IMG/VR virus record: IMGVR_UViG_3300045988_016718
Strand: one strand, 5' to 3'
DNA length: 64,000 bases
Source: a virus
Positions 55,519-63,268 of the stretch are shown here, in pieces. The position numbers and the translations under genes were made by a program. The notes under the pieces are model-generated. The model was not told the origin of the DNA, made no database searches, and saw only the letters and a program-made list of their open reading frames with translations. Position 1 is the first letter of the stretch. Each line of letters begins with the position of its first letter.

Positions 55519-55890
55519 TTACAAATAAGGAATAGGTTCATCACCTACAGGAGCAAGAGGTGATTCAACAGCAGGGTCAATAGCAACTGCTTCTTGGGCA
55601 GCTACTTCAACTTCTCCAACTGTAGCACCTTCATCTACTGTACCTTCAGGTGCAGCATCTGTTGCTTCTGCTACTTCCATGACTCCATTCAGGATTTCTT
55701 CTGATGTGAAACCACCAGACATTTTGATAATAGGAGCTTCAAAGCTATCAATCACTGTGTTCACCATGTCAAGTTCTGCTTGAAGGTCAGCAATCTTGCT
55801 TTCAAGTTTTGCTTTCTTTCTCCTTTGCATACTAACATTTTGTGCAGTCCTTTTAACTGCTGCAAGCTCAAATTTACTTAATTCTTTCAT
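55519..55890 (-). CDS. Hypothetical protein with coiled-coil N-terminus and acidic C-terminus
   Basis: 123-aa ORF. 'KAKLESKIADLQAELDMVN' is followed by an E/A/V-rich tail. Confidence 0.5.
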   Translation of the reverse strand: MKELSKFELAAVKRTAQNVSMQRRKKAKLESKIADLQAELDMVNTVIDSFEAPIIKMSGGFTSEEILNGVMEVAEATDAAPEGTVDEGATVGEVEVAAQEAVAIDPAVESPLAPVGDEPIPYL

Positions 55891-55895
55891 ATGTT

Positions 55896-56177
55896 TTAAA
55901 ATATTTGCAGCAACCTTCTGTTACCTTGAGGTTCATACATACTCTCTGCTGCGTAAAGTTTTGTTATTGAAAATTCCCTTTCAGCCCAATCAAGTGCCTC
56001 ATAGAACAAGTCTATAAGGATTCCTTTCTTGGATGCTACTGTTACAAACAACTTTGATTGTTGAGGGTCTTTGCCCTTATGTACACAATATTGCCATACA
56101 AATAGCTGGGCACCATAGTTACTTAAGGTGTTAAAGTTCAATTCCCTTGAAGCTCTAACTACATCCTCTCTAGTCAT
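55896..56177 (-). CDS. Hypothetical protein
   Basis: 93-aa ORF with an ATGA overlap with the upstream gene. Confidence 0.5.
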   Translation of the reverse strand: MTREDVVRASRELNFNTLSNYGAQLFVWQYCVHKGKDPQQSKLFVTVASKKGILIDLFYEALDWAEREFSITKLYAAESMYEPQGNRRLLQIF

Positions 56178-56875
56178 TGTATCTTGTAATACTTCCTAAC
56201 AGCATCATCTACAAGTTTCAAACTGTTAGGTATTTCAAACTTGTCAAACATACCAAGAGGAGTCTTTGCACTTGAGTGATTAGCTTTAGTCTGAAACCAA
56301 TACTTGTTGTCACCATTATCACCAAATTCAACCCTAGTCATTATGACTATAGGATAGAATCCTTCAGGTGGAGTCTTGGTCAGTTTCTTACCAATTACAG
56401 AGAACACAATCTTCTCTGTTCCATCAGGTTGAGTCTGCAACATAGTATGACCCATGATATATACTATCTGGTCTTCCCTAAGCAATGTATTACAGAGCAT
56501 ATTCAGCTCAATAACATCATTTGCAGCATCTCTCCATTGGTCAAAGGTCATCTTCTTCCTGTCATTGAACTCCTTCATTGCAAGATAGATATTGATAGTA
56601 TCAATACTGACAGACTTAATGTGTTGCTGCTCTGCAATCCACTTAAGTATCTCTCTTATCTCTGCAAATGAAGTAGGTTCAGCATAATTTCCCTTCTCCA
56701 ACTCCCAAATACCTGCTGGTATTGGCAAATCTTTCCTGTCAAGATTCATAATGAAATGACTCTTTGGGTTCATACCTTGATAGTCCTCAAGGTTAAAGCT
56801 TCCATCAGGATTGATTACAGTTGAAGTGGTTTTACCATCACCACTTTGTCCTAAAATTGCTACTATTTTTGCCAT
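56174..56875 (-). CDS. RecA-fold P-loop ATPase (AAA_24 / Sak4-like)
   Basis: The track start is a CTG at 56896. The ATG at 56875 ('MAKIVAILGQSGDGKTTST') lies 7 nt after the upstream TAA. It has a Walker A motif, 'QIVYIMGH' is Walker B-like, and the size (233 aa) is typical. Confidence 0.65.
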   Translation of the reverse strand: MAKIVAILGQSGDGKTTSTVINPDGSFNLEDYQGMNPKSHFIMNLDRKDLPIPAGIWELEKGNYAEPTSFAEIREILKWIAEQQHIKSVSIDTINIYLAMKEFNDRKKMTFDQWRDAANDVIELNMLCNTLLREDQIVYIMGHTMLQTQPDGTEKIVFSVIGKKLTKTPPEGFYPIVIMTRVEFGDNGDNKYWFQTKANHSSAKTPLGMFDKFEIPNSLKLVDDAVRKYYKIQ

Positions 56876-56882
56876 TCTTAAA

Positions 56883-58127
56883 TTATTTACCTGCAAAGGT
56901 AAGGAATTTCTTCCACCTGTGCAAACTTACTTTCACTTTTCTAATTCCTCGCTGTCTACCAAAGGCTAACATTGCTACACTTGGCTTTCTCCTGACTACA
57001 GTGTCAATATACTCCATCACCTGCCTTAGCTGGTCTTTCTGTTCAGGTAAAGGCAATTCAGCAAATGAACTGACTGCACCATCAAAGAATAATGGACATA
57101 TTTGACCTGCTGAACCATTATCCCTGTCCTCAATAACATAAAGAAATCTTATATTATTTCTGAACTTGGTAATATCATACTTCTCATGTTCCTGTAATCC
57201 ATACTTAAAGGGACTATATAGCCCCAATACTAGGTTTGCATCCCTAGTAGTTGTCTTACAGTCAGCTAATCCATCTGATGATGGATACAGCTTGTTCAAC
57301 TTCTGATTCTCAATACCTTCCTGTGCTTGAGCCTGATGCTGAATAGCAATGAAATTAAGGTCAAATGTATCTCTTAACTCTATTGCATATTTACTCATCT
57401 TTTCAATGGTTTGCATCTTATTCATTCCACTCTCTTGCATAAGATTGGAATAATTATCAAGCACACAAAGAATGTATTCATTCTCATCCTTGTACTGAAA
57501 GTAATCAATTACTTTTCCTGCTTCCATTTCACCTGTAAACTCATTCCTCTTTAGTCCCATCTTATACTGAAATGCTCCTCTGGTCAACATGTGATTCCTG
57601 ATATACTTATATATACCAGTAGGATTCCTTTCAGTATCAATATAGGACACCATTTCCTTGAACTTATTGATATACTCCTGATACTTATCAGATGCAATCA
57701 AGTCAAGTATTTCTTGAGGTACAGGCTTATCAGCTGAAGTACTCTTGAGGTCAGTAGGAGAGATTCTTATACCATCCAGTCTGAATAACAAGTGACAGAG
57801 AAACTCATAGAATTTCTCCTTCTTGCCCATTTCCAGAGTGAAATAAAGAACCTTTAACCTTAGTTGGTCAGGATGTTCTATGGCATAAAAGAAAGCCTCA
57901 TACACAAATGTATAATCCACCAATTTGGATTTACCAACCTTCTGATTGGCTGTTACAATTGTGTATCTTCTCTTTTCTATGCCCGGAAGCCAGTTTCTAA
58001 GTCTAGGATAACATAATGGTATACAGTTAATTAACCCATGAAGTATCCTGTTCCTTCTAGTCACTAGTTCTTCTAGTGCTCTGTCAAAACTGTCTCCTGT
58101 ATCAGTTGATGCTACTTGTCCAGTCAT
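56883..58127 (-). CDS. DnaB-like replicative helicase (RecA-fold ATPase domain)
   Basis: 414 aa. 'TIVTANQKVGKSKLV' is Walker A, 'ILCVLDNYSNLM' is Walker B, and 'FIAIQHQAQ' recalls the DnaB 'sQLnR' region. Confidence 0.7.
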   Translation of the reverse strand: MTGQVASTDTGDSFDRALEELVTRRNRILHGLINCIPLCYPRLRNWLPGIEKRRYTIVTANQKVGKSKLVDYTFVYEAFFYAIEHPDQLRLKVLYFTLEMGKKEKFYEFLCHLLFRLDGIRISPTDLKSTSADKPVPQEILDLIASDKYQEYINKFKEMVSYIDTERNPTGIYKYIRNHMLTRGAFQYKMGLKRNEFTGEMEAGKVIDYFQYKDENEYILCVLDNYSNLMQESGMNKMQTIEKMSKYAIELRDTFDLNFIAIQHQAQAQEGIENQKLNKLYPSSDGLADCKTTTRDANLVLGLYSPFKYGLQEHEKYDITKFRNNIRFLYVIEDRDNGSAGQICPLFFDGAVSSFAELPLPEQKDQLRQVMEYIDTVVRRKPSVAMLAFGRQRGIRKVKVSLHRWKKFLTFAGK

Positions 58128-58698
58128 AACTATTTGGATTTACTTGGTCAGCATTCTCTATCCATTCAGCTAATTGAGAGACTTGAACTACTTCACCATC
58201 TCTATTTTCATCCTTCCAAATGAAGTACTTAAGTAACCTCAAGTACAGGTAACTACCATTGAATGATTCAACATATCTCTTGGTTGCATCCAAGATTTGT
58301 TCATCAGTGTAGTTATCACCATATCTTTTGAAGAATGATACCAGCTTCTTCTTGATGTCAGGGGTATTTCCCCTATAATAATAACTTGTTCCTTGCATCT
58401 TGCCTTCAGGATAAATATCCCTTAACTTTGCTGCAAGGTCAGCTATTCTATCCTGTGCAGACTGTGTAGGTCTGTCACTCTCAAGTACTACATCACTGAA
58501 TAGACTAATACCTCTATGAGTAATGGTGTATTTCTTGTCAAGTTCAAACATGGAACCATTAGCTCTAGTAATGTATCCCTTGTTGATTAGACCTTGATAA
58601 ACATCATCATTCCCATATTGTATAGCTCCTAATACTAGAACTTCCTCTTTGGTAACATTGTGCTTAGAACAGATTTCATCATCAATTCTCACAATCAT
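58102..58698 (-). CDS. Hypothetical protein (possible wHTH replication accessory or helicase-loader-like protein)
   Basis: 198-aa ORF immediately upstream of, and overlapping, the helicase gene. 'EEVLVLGAIQYG..GLINKGYITR' is winged-helix-like. The function is inferred from position only. Confidence 0.4.
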   Translation of the reverse strand: MIVRIDDEICSKHNVTKEEVLVLGAIQYGNDDVYQGLINKGYITRANGSMFELDKKYTITHRGISLFSDVVLESDRPTQSAQDRIADLAAKLRDIYPEGKMQGTSYYYRGNTPDIKKKLVSFFKRYGDNYTDEQILDATKRYVESFNGSYLYLRLLKYFIWKDENRDGEVVQVSQLAEWIENADQVNPNSYDWTSSIN

Positions 58699-58805
58699 GT
58701 ATCAAAACCCCCATTTCTTGTGAAATAAAATATGGCTGCTAATACTACAGCAGCTACTATATACTGTGCAGTACTATGTTGTGCTGCTAATAATATGATT
58801 GCCAT
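58695..58805 (-). CDS. Small hydrophobic protein (36 aa), below the ORF-track cutoff
   Basis: The ATG at 58805 lies 1 nt after the upstream TAA (58807-58809). Its TGA overlaps the next ATG (ATGA at 58695-58698). My translation is 'MAIILLAAQHSTAQYIVAAVVLAAIFYFTRNGGFDT', which has one TM-like segment. It fills an otherwise unexplained 108-nt gap. Confidence 0.5.
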   Translation of the reverse strand: MAIILLAAQHSTAQYIVAAVVLAAIFYFTRNGGFDT

Positions 58806-58806
58806 C

Positions 58807-60057
58807 TTAAAATTCCGTTAGGTTATTTACTACTGTTATATACTCTGGGTCAATACCTTCAAGTGCCTTATTCAGATATTCTTCATCTCTTGTACCTTTA
58901 TAGTACATGATGTATATCTCTGGTTCATCAGCTCTCATGGCTCTACCAGATTTCTGAACAAAGGCTCTCTCCTGACCATCAAGTTGAATGATAACACCTG
59001 CCTCAATATCAGTTAGATTCTGTCCTTCTTGAATCATTCCAACAGCATAAAGGCTATTTATTTCCTTATTGTTGAACTTATCAATTATAGCTAAGGACTC
59101 TTTCTTCTTCTCTGAATGAATGGCATTTTCTCCACCTAGTTCATTTGCTTGCTCTATGCTGGAACAGAAGCACACATATCTTTTACCGGCTAATTTAGCG
59201 AGTAGATAAGCAGCCTGACCTTTCTTTAGTTCTCCAAGGTATCTTTTCCTTTGTGAACCATATTGAAGCCATTTGTTCTTGATTGCTGTGCTCCTGTTTC
59301 TCATGAACAAGTTTCTCCAGTAATCAATCTTGGCATCAAACCAGTCATATTTCTGCTGCTCGGTGCATTGAATCTCCAGTCTCAAATTAGGATAATGGAA
59401 CTTATCTTTAAGATAATTCCACCTGTCCTTCATACTGCATTGAACTCTTCTCTTTAAGATGTCTTTGCCCCTCTCTTCAATGATTACCTGATTGGGGTAG
59501 GTGTTATCCAACTTCAAAGGAATGAGATAAATCTTTGGTTTAGGAAGTATGCCCCAGTCAATTGCTTGTTGCATACTGACTTTGAAGCTTACAAACTTGC
59601 CAAATATTCTGTTCAATTCAAGGATTGTATTAGTAGGTAATGTAGCTGAAAGTACAAGAACATTGTCACAGGTTATATCCTCAAGTATATCAAGCCTTAG
59701 GTCTGAATTTGAGTGATGTCCTTCATCTAATATGATTAAGTCATAATGTTCATGTCTATGATTCTTAAGTGAAGCATAAGTGTCTACTGAAACCATTTTA
59801 TCCCATATATAATCCTCAACTTTCCACTTAGTGAACTCCTCCTTCCAGTTCTTCTTATGTGCTGTTTCAGCTACAATAAGGAGTACTTTGAATGGAGTCC
59901 CCTGTCTGGTTTCAAGACTAATATATTCAAGGAATAAGTGCTTCAATATATCAATTGCTGCCTTACTTTTACCTAAGCCTGTACACCATTGGAGCATGAC
60001 TCTTCCATGTTCTTTCATTAGTTCTACAGCTTCATTTTGTACATCATCCTTTGTCAT
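58807..60057 (-). CDS. Superfamily 2 (DEAD/DEAH-type) helicase
   Basis: 416 aa. The motifs are 'CTGLGKSKAAI' (I), 'LIILDEGHH' (II), 'LSATLP' (III) and 'QKSGRAMR' (VI). Confidence 0.8.
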   Translation of the reverse strand: MTKDDVQNEAVELMKEHGRVMLQWCTGLGKSKAAIDILKHLFLEYISLETRQGTPFKVLLIVAETAHKKNWKEEFTKWKVEDYIWDKMVSVDTYASLKNHRHEHYDLIILDEGHHSNSDLRLDILEDITCDNVLVLSATLPTNTILELNRIFGKFVSFKVSMQQAIDWGILPKPKIYLIPLKLDNTYPNQVIIEERGKDILKRRVQCSMKDRWNYLKDKFHYPNLRLEIQCTEQQKYDWFDAKIDYWRNLFMRNRSTAIKNKWLQYGSQRKRYLGELKKGQAAYLLAKLAGKRYVCFCSSIEQANELGGENAIHSEKKKESLAIIDKFNNKEINSLYAVGMIQEGQNLTDIEAGVIIQLDGQERAFVQKSGRAMRADEPEIYIMYYKGTRDEEYLNKALEGIDPEYITVVNNLTEF

Positions 60058-60535
60058 TGTTTATCCCATTTACCAATGTTTTAACTTTACTAATATAGTT
60101 TGGGTCCTCTGCATACCCTATCTCTTCAAGGAATTGATAGTAGTTATTCGGGGGCTTGTATCTATATTGTATGCAGTTAAGATAGGCAACCACACTCTCT
60201 GTCCAATGATTGAACTTAAAGTAGTCCTTATTCTTACTGTCATATAAACCAAACAGGTTATTATATTCCCTGAACACTTTGGACCTAAAGTGTCCTGTTT
60301 CAAGAATAGCCTGTGCTCTCACTATGTCCGGGTACATGACACCATAATAGTTAAGAACCTTAGGTAAATCCTTTTCAGGATTATCTGACATTAAGAACTC
60401 TGGTTGCTCTAACTTAATGCACTCCACTTTTGGTGGATGCTCCAGCTGTGCTATCTTCTTGTGTATCACCCATGATGAATAGGCATTAACTGAAAGAAGA
60501 ATAGCACAAGCCAGACATGTTATAATATGTTTCAT
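60044..60535 (-). CDS. Secreted or anchored N-acetylglucosaminidase-type (GH73-like) peptidoglycan hydrolase, probable endolysin
   Basis: 163 aa with an N-terminal signal/anchor 'MKHIITCLACAILLSVNAYS'. 'RAQAILETGHFRSKVFREYNNLFGL' fits the glucosaminidase/FlgJ pattern (LETG...NN.FG). Confidence 0.7.
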   Translation of the reverse strand: MKHIITCLACAILLSVNAYSSWVIHKKIAQLEHPPKVECIKLEQPEFLMSDNPEKDLPKVLNYYGVMYPDIVRAQAILETGHFRSKVFREYNNLFGLYDSKNKDYFKFNHWTESVVAYLNCIQYRYKPPNNYYQFLEEIGYAEDPNYISKVKTLVNGINNDKG

Positions 60536-61650
60536 CTCACTTGTTTTAAATTAGACTCTTGGCTGTCATTGTAGAATACTCTGTCATATGACAGGTCTGT
60601 ATACTCATCAACAGTTGTTGCTATAGTCTCATGTGTTGGTGCAACTACATAGTCAAATAAATCTTCTCCCATATAGTCAAATCTTCCACTATCCACTATG
60701 ACATCAGTATGAGTAACCACAAGGTTGTACTTTAGATTGTACATCAATTTGTAGTTATCAAGTCTGTGTCTTTCAGCAGCTCTGCGGAGTAATCCTGTCT
60801 CCAAGCATCCTACTTTGAAGTCAAGTTGAAACTCATTAAAGGTATTTGATTCCTTGAATTTCTCAAGGTTGGCTTCAAGTTTGTACTTGGGTTCATACCC
60901 ATTTCCATGTCTGGTAAGGTAACTTCTGGTCACAAGGTACACCTCTGCATCTTTAAGATACTTCTTTGGTACACCATTGAGACCAACTCTTGAAGGAGTT
61001 ACATGAGGATAGAAACCACAGTCCATATCAAGTAGAAGACCTTGTGAGCCTTCAAATATGAGAACATCATACAAACTTAAGTTACTTTGATTGAATGAGA
61101 CACACTTGGCACAGTATATAAACTGTTCTTCAAATGATGTATCTTCTTCAACTTCATAATATTCTCTTACCTTCTTAATATGTTCATACTTATCCATAAC
61201 CCATGCACCATAGCCATTGCCTTCATTGTATCTCTTGAATGTAGGATATATGCCCATACCACAAGTACCATCAGATAAGACTTTGTTGTCCTCTCTGCCT
61301 GCAAATACATCATAAGGTGTAATGACTCTGTTAAACATTGAAGCATAAACAAGAGTTTCTTTGATGCCCTTCTTTTGAAGGACTTTCCTCTCATTGTATA
61401 ATGCAATTGGGTCAATGAATACATCATCAGTATAGTATGTGGGCACACCAAGTAATACACCAGAACCAAAGGATGAACATATATGTTCAATGCCTTCATT
61501 AACTACTGTATGTCCTGCTTGTGGTCCACCACTGAATCTCACAACTGCAACACTTTTTCCTTCTTCAATGGCTTTCTTACATAGCCATTGAACAGTTACA
61601 CCTTTACCTTCATCTCCAAAGGCATAACCCAGTACAATCTTTACTTCCAT
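60532..61650 (-). CDS. Divergent adenylosuccinate synthetase family protein (PurA/PurZ-like)
   Basis: 372 aa. 'GYAFGDEGKGVTVQWL', 'GGPQAGHTV', 'GTCGMGIYP', 'LIFEGSQGLLLDMDCGFYPHVT' and 'TRSYLTRHGNG' align by eye with the E. coli PurA motifs. The 'TTGRRRR' Asp/IMP loop is replaced by 'QLDFKVGCLE'. Confidence 0.7.
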   Translation of the reverse strand: MEVKIVLGYAFGDEGKGVTVQWLCKKAIEEGKSVAVVRFSGGPQAGHTVVNEGIEHICSSFGSGVLLGVPTYYTDDVFIDPIALYNERKVLQKKGIKETLVYASMFNRVITPYDVFAGREDNKVLSDGTCGMGIYPTFKRYNEGNGYGAWVMDKYEHIKKVREYYEVEEDTSFEEQFIYCAKCVSFNQSNLSLYDVLIFEGSQGLLLDMDCGFYPHVTPSRVGLNGVPKKYLKDAEVYLVTRSYLTRHGNGYEPKYKLEANLEKFKESNTFNEFQLDFKVGCLETGLLRRAAERHRLDNYKLMYNLKYNLVVTHTDVIVDSGRFDYMGEDLFDYVVAPTHETIATTVDEYTDLSYDRVFYNDSQESNLKQVR

Positions 61651-61651
61651 T

Positions 61652-62512
61652 CTATCTCAAATGAGTTATAGTTTCACTTTCACTTTTGGTACCTTCTTGC
61701 ACCGCAGGCTTAGCCTTTGTAGCATAGTAGGACTTTAGTACAATACCTGATATGATTTCAGGTATTTCTTTTCCAGTACTGTCTTCTGTATGAATTACAT
61801 GGTCTCCCAAGTAATCCTCAAGACCTTCTTTCACGGATGGTCTGCCACCACTATGGTCATTCAAGTTGATGTGATATACATCCCATGATTCCTTTGCAGC
61901 TTCAAGTAAACTTGAACTTGTTACATCAGCTTCTGGGGTTTCACCAAACAATTGTTTGATACTTGATGCACCAATTGTACCATGAATAGGCTCATCACCA
62001 ATAGTAATAAGTACTCCCTTTTTGCCTCTCTTCAAGGAATCAATGGCAGTATGGAAGGCACCAAAGTACCATGCAAGTGAATATGATTCACCATTATTTC
62101 CACCACCTCTTCCTTCAAGCCAGATGAGCTTAAGCCACTTGTCAAGCAGTTCATCTGATGATTCAAATTGTCCTACTTGAATAGGTGCTCTATCAGTATA
62201 ATGGTCACCAATACCAACAAAGCATACTTGAAGGTCTTGTACACCTTCATCCATAATCTTCTTCATCAGTTTAGGGAAACCTTCTGAAATAAGCTCATAA
62301 GGGATTCTACCCATACTACCTGTGACATCAAGAGCAATGATAACAGGGAAACTGTTAGGATGTTCTTCACTATCCCTTGCTTCCCTTACCTTGTCTTTGA
62401 TACTCATTTCCACACTCATGTATCTTTGGGAGAATACTTCCTCTCTGTCCTGTTTGCTATAGTCCTGTGCCATTGACATAGACCTAGCATAGCTGTAATT
62501 TCCGCCACCCAT
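61652..62512 (-). CDS. von Willebrand factor A (vWA) domain protein
   Basis: 286 aa. 'VIIALDVTGSMG' is a DxT/SxS MIDAS motif, with the later 'GGGNNGESYSLAWYF' and 'VLITIGDEP' strands. Confidence 0.65.
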   Translation of the reverse strand: MGGGNYSYARSMSMAQDYSKQDREEVFSQRYMSVEMSIKDKVREARDSEEHPNSFPVIIALDVTGSMGRIPYELISEGFPKLMKKIMDEGVQDLQVCFVGIGDHYTDRAPIQVGQFESSDELLDKWLKLIWLEGRGGGNNGESYSLAWYFGAFHTAIDSLKRGKKGVLITIGDEPIHGTIGASSIKQLFGETPEADVTSSSLLEAAKESWDVYHINLNDHSGGRPSVKEGLEDYLGDHVIHTEDSTGKEIPEIISGIVLKSYYATKAKPAVQEGTKSESETITHLR

Positions 62513-62916
62513 TATTCGATAGTTGATTTCCAGTTAGGTAATACCTTGAGGATAATGCTCTTGTCAGCAATAGCACCAAAAAGGTACTCATATCTGGCAA
62601 TAACAATCTCAAGTTTGATAATAGCATCTCTCTTATTCAGACCAATCTCTATATCCTTTCTCATGAAAGCAACAGGGTCAAAGTCTGATGGCACAACAGC
62701 ACCATTGCCGGCACTCATAGGAGATAAATCCAGCAACAGATTCTCTCTGTCTCTGTCAAAGTTACGAATCTTATGACATAAGTCTTCAATTTCTCTCTTG
62801 TAGATGATTTCTACATCTTCTGATACACTTTCAGCTCTACTCTCTTTGAGTTGTCTGAATGTTCTCATCAAGTCTTGTTTAAAGACTCCATGCTTGTTTT
62901 CTTCCAATTCTGCCAT
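62512..62916 (-). CDS. Hypothetical protein
   Basis: 134-aa ORF, coupled by a TAATG overlap at both ends. Confidence 0.55.
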   Translation of the reverse strand: MAELEENKHGVFKQDLMRTFRQLKESRAESVSEDVEIIYKREIEDLCHKIRNFDRDRENLLLDLSPMSAGNGAVVPSDFDPVAFMRKDIEIGLNKRDAIIKLEIVIARYEYLFGAIADKSIILKVLPNWKSTIE

Positions 62917-63266
62917 TATACTTTTCTATTTAACCATTTAATCCATCTTAAATAAGGTGCTCTTAACTCAAATCTTCTGTCAATTAGCTCATATCCATCC
63001 ATTCCATCTTTACCACTATATTGTAGGCAGTATGCAAGTACTGTTATTACTGAACATACAAGGTTTACGATGGGAATAACAGACACAGTACATGCTATAA
63101 TAATCATCCAAACAGGTACAGGAACTCTTTTATCATCTTCATCTACCCAAGGACTTTTGTTCCAACAGGTATATTCATCCTCTCTTTCTCTCTTCTGTGG
63201 ATAAGAAAAGAACATCAGTGTACCTAATATAAGTACACTGATTAAGAAACTAATTAACCAAAACAT
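62916..63266 (-). CDS. Small membrane protein (two TM segments)
   Basis: 116 aa. 'FWLISFLISVLILGTLMFF' and 'VWMIIIACTVSVIPIVNLVCSVITVLAY' are hydrophobic helices. Confidence 0.55.
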   Translation of the reverse strand: MFWLISFLISVLILGTLMFFSYPQKREREDEYTCWNKSPWVDEDDKRVPVPVWMIIIACTVSVIPIVNLVCSVITVLAYCLQYSGKDGMDGYELIDRRFELRAPYLRWIKWLNRKV

Positions 63267-63268
63267 AA

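Noticed and set aside
37545-61650. Calling a complete Z-genome (2-aminoadenine) cluster: PurZ, MazZ, DatZ and DpoZ.
   Set aside because: No HD-type dATPase (DatZ) is visible. The PurA-like protein keeps the PurA-type 'GDEGKG' but has lost the Asp-binding loop. The genes are dispersed over 24 kb. Only a hypothesis is justified, and it is reported as a finding.
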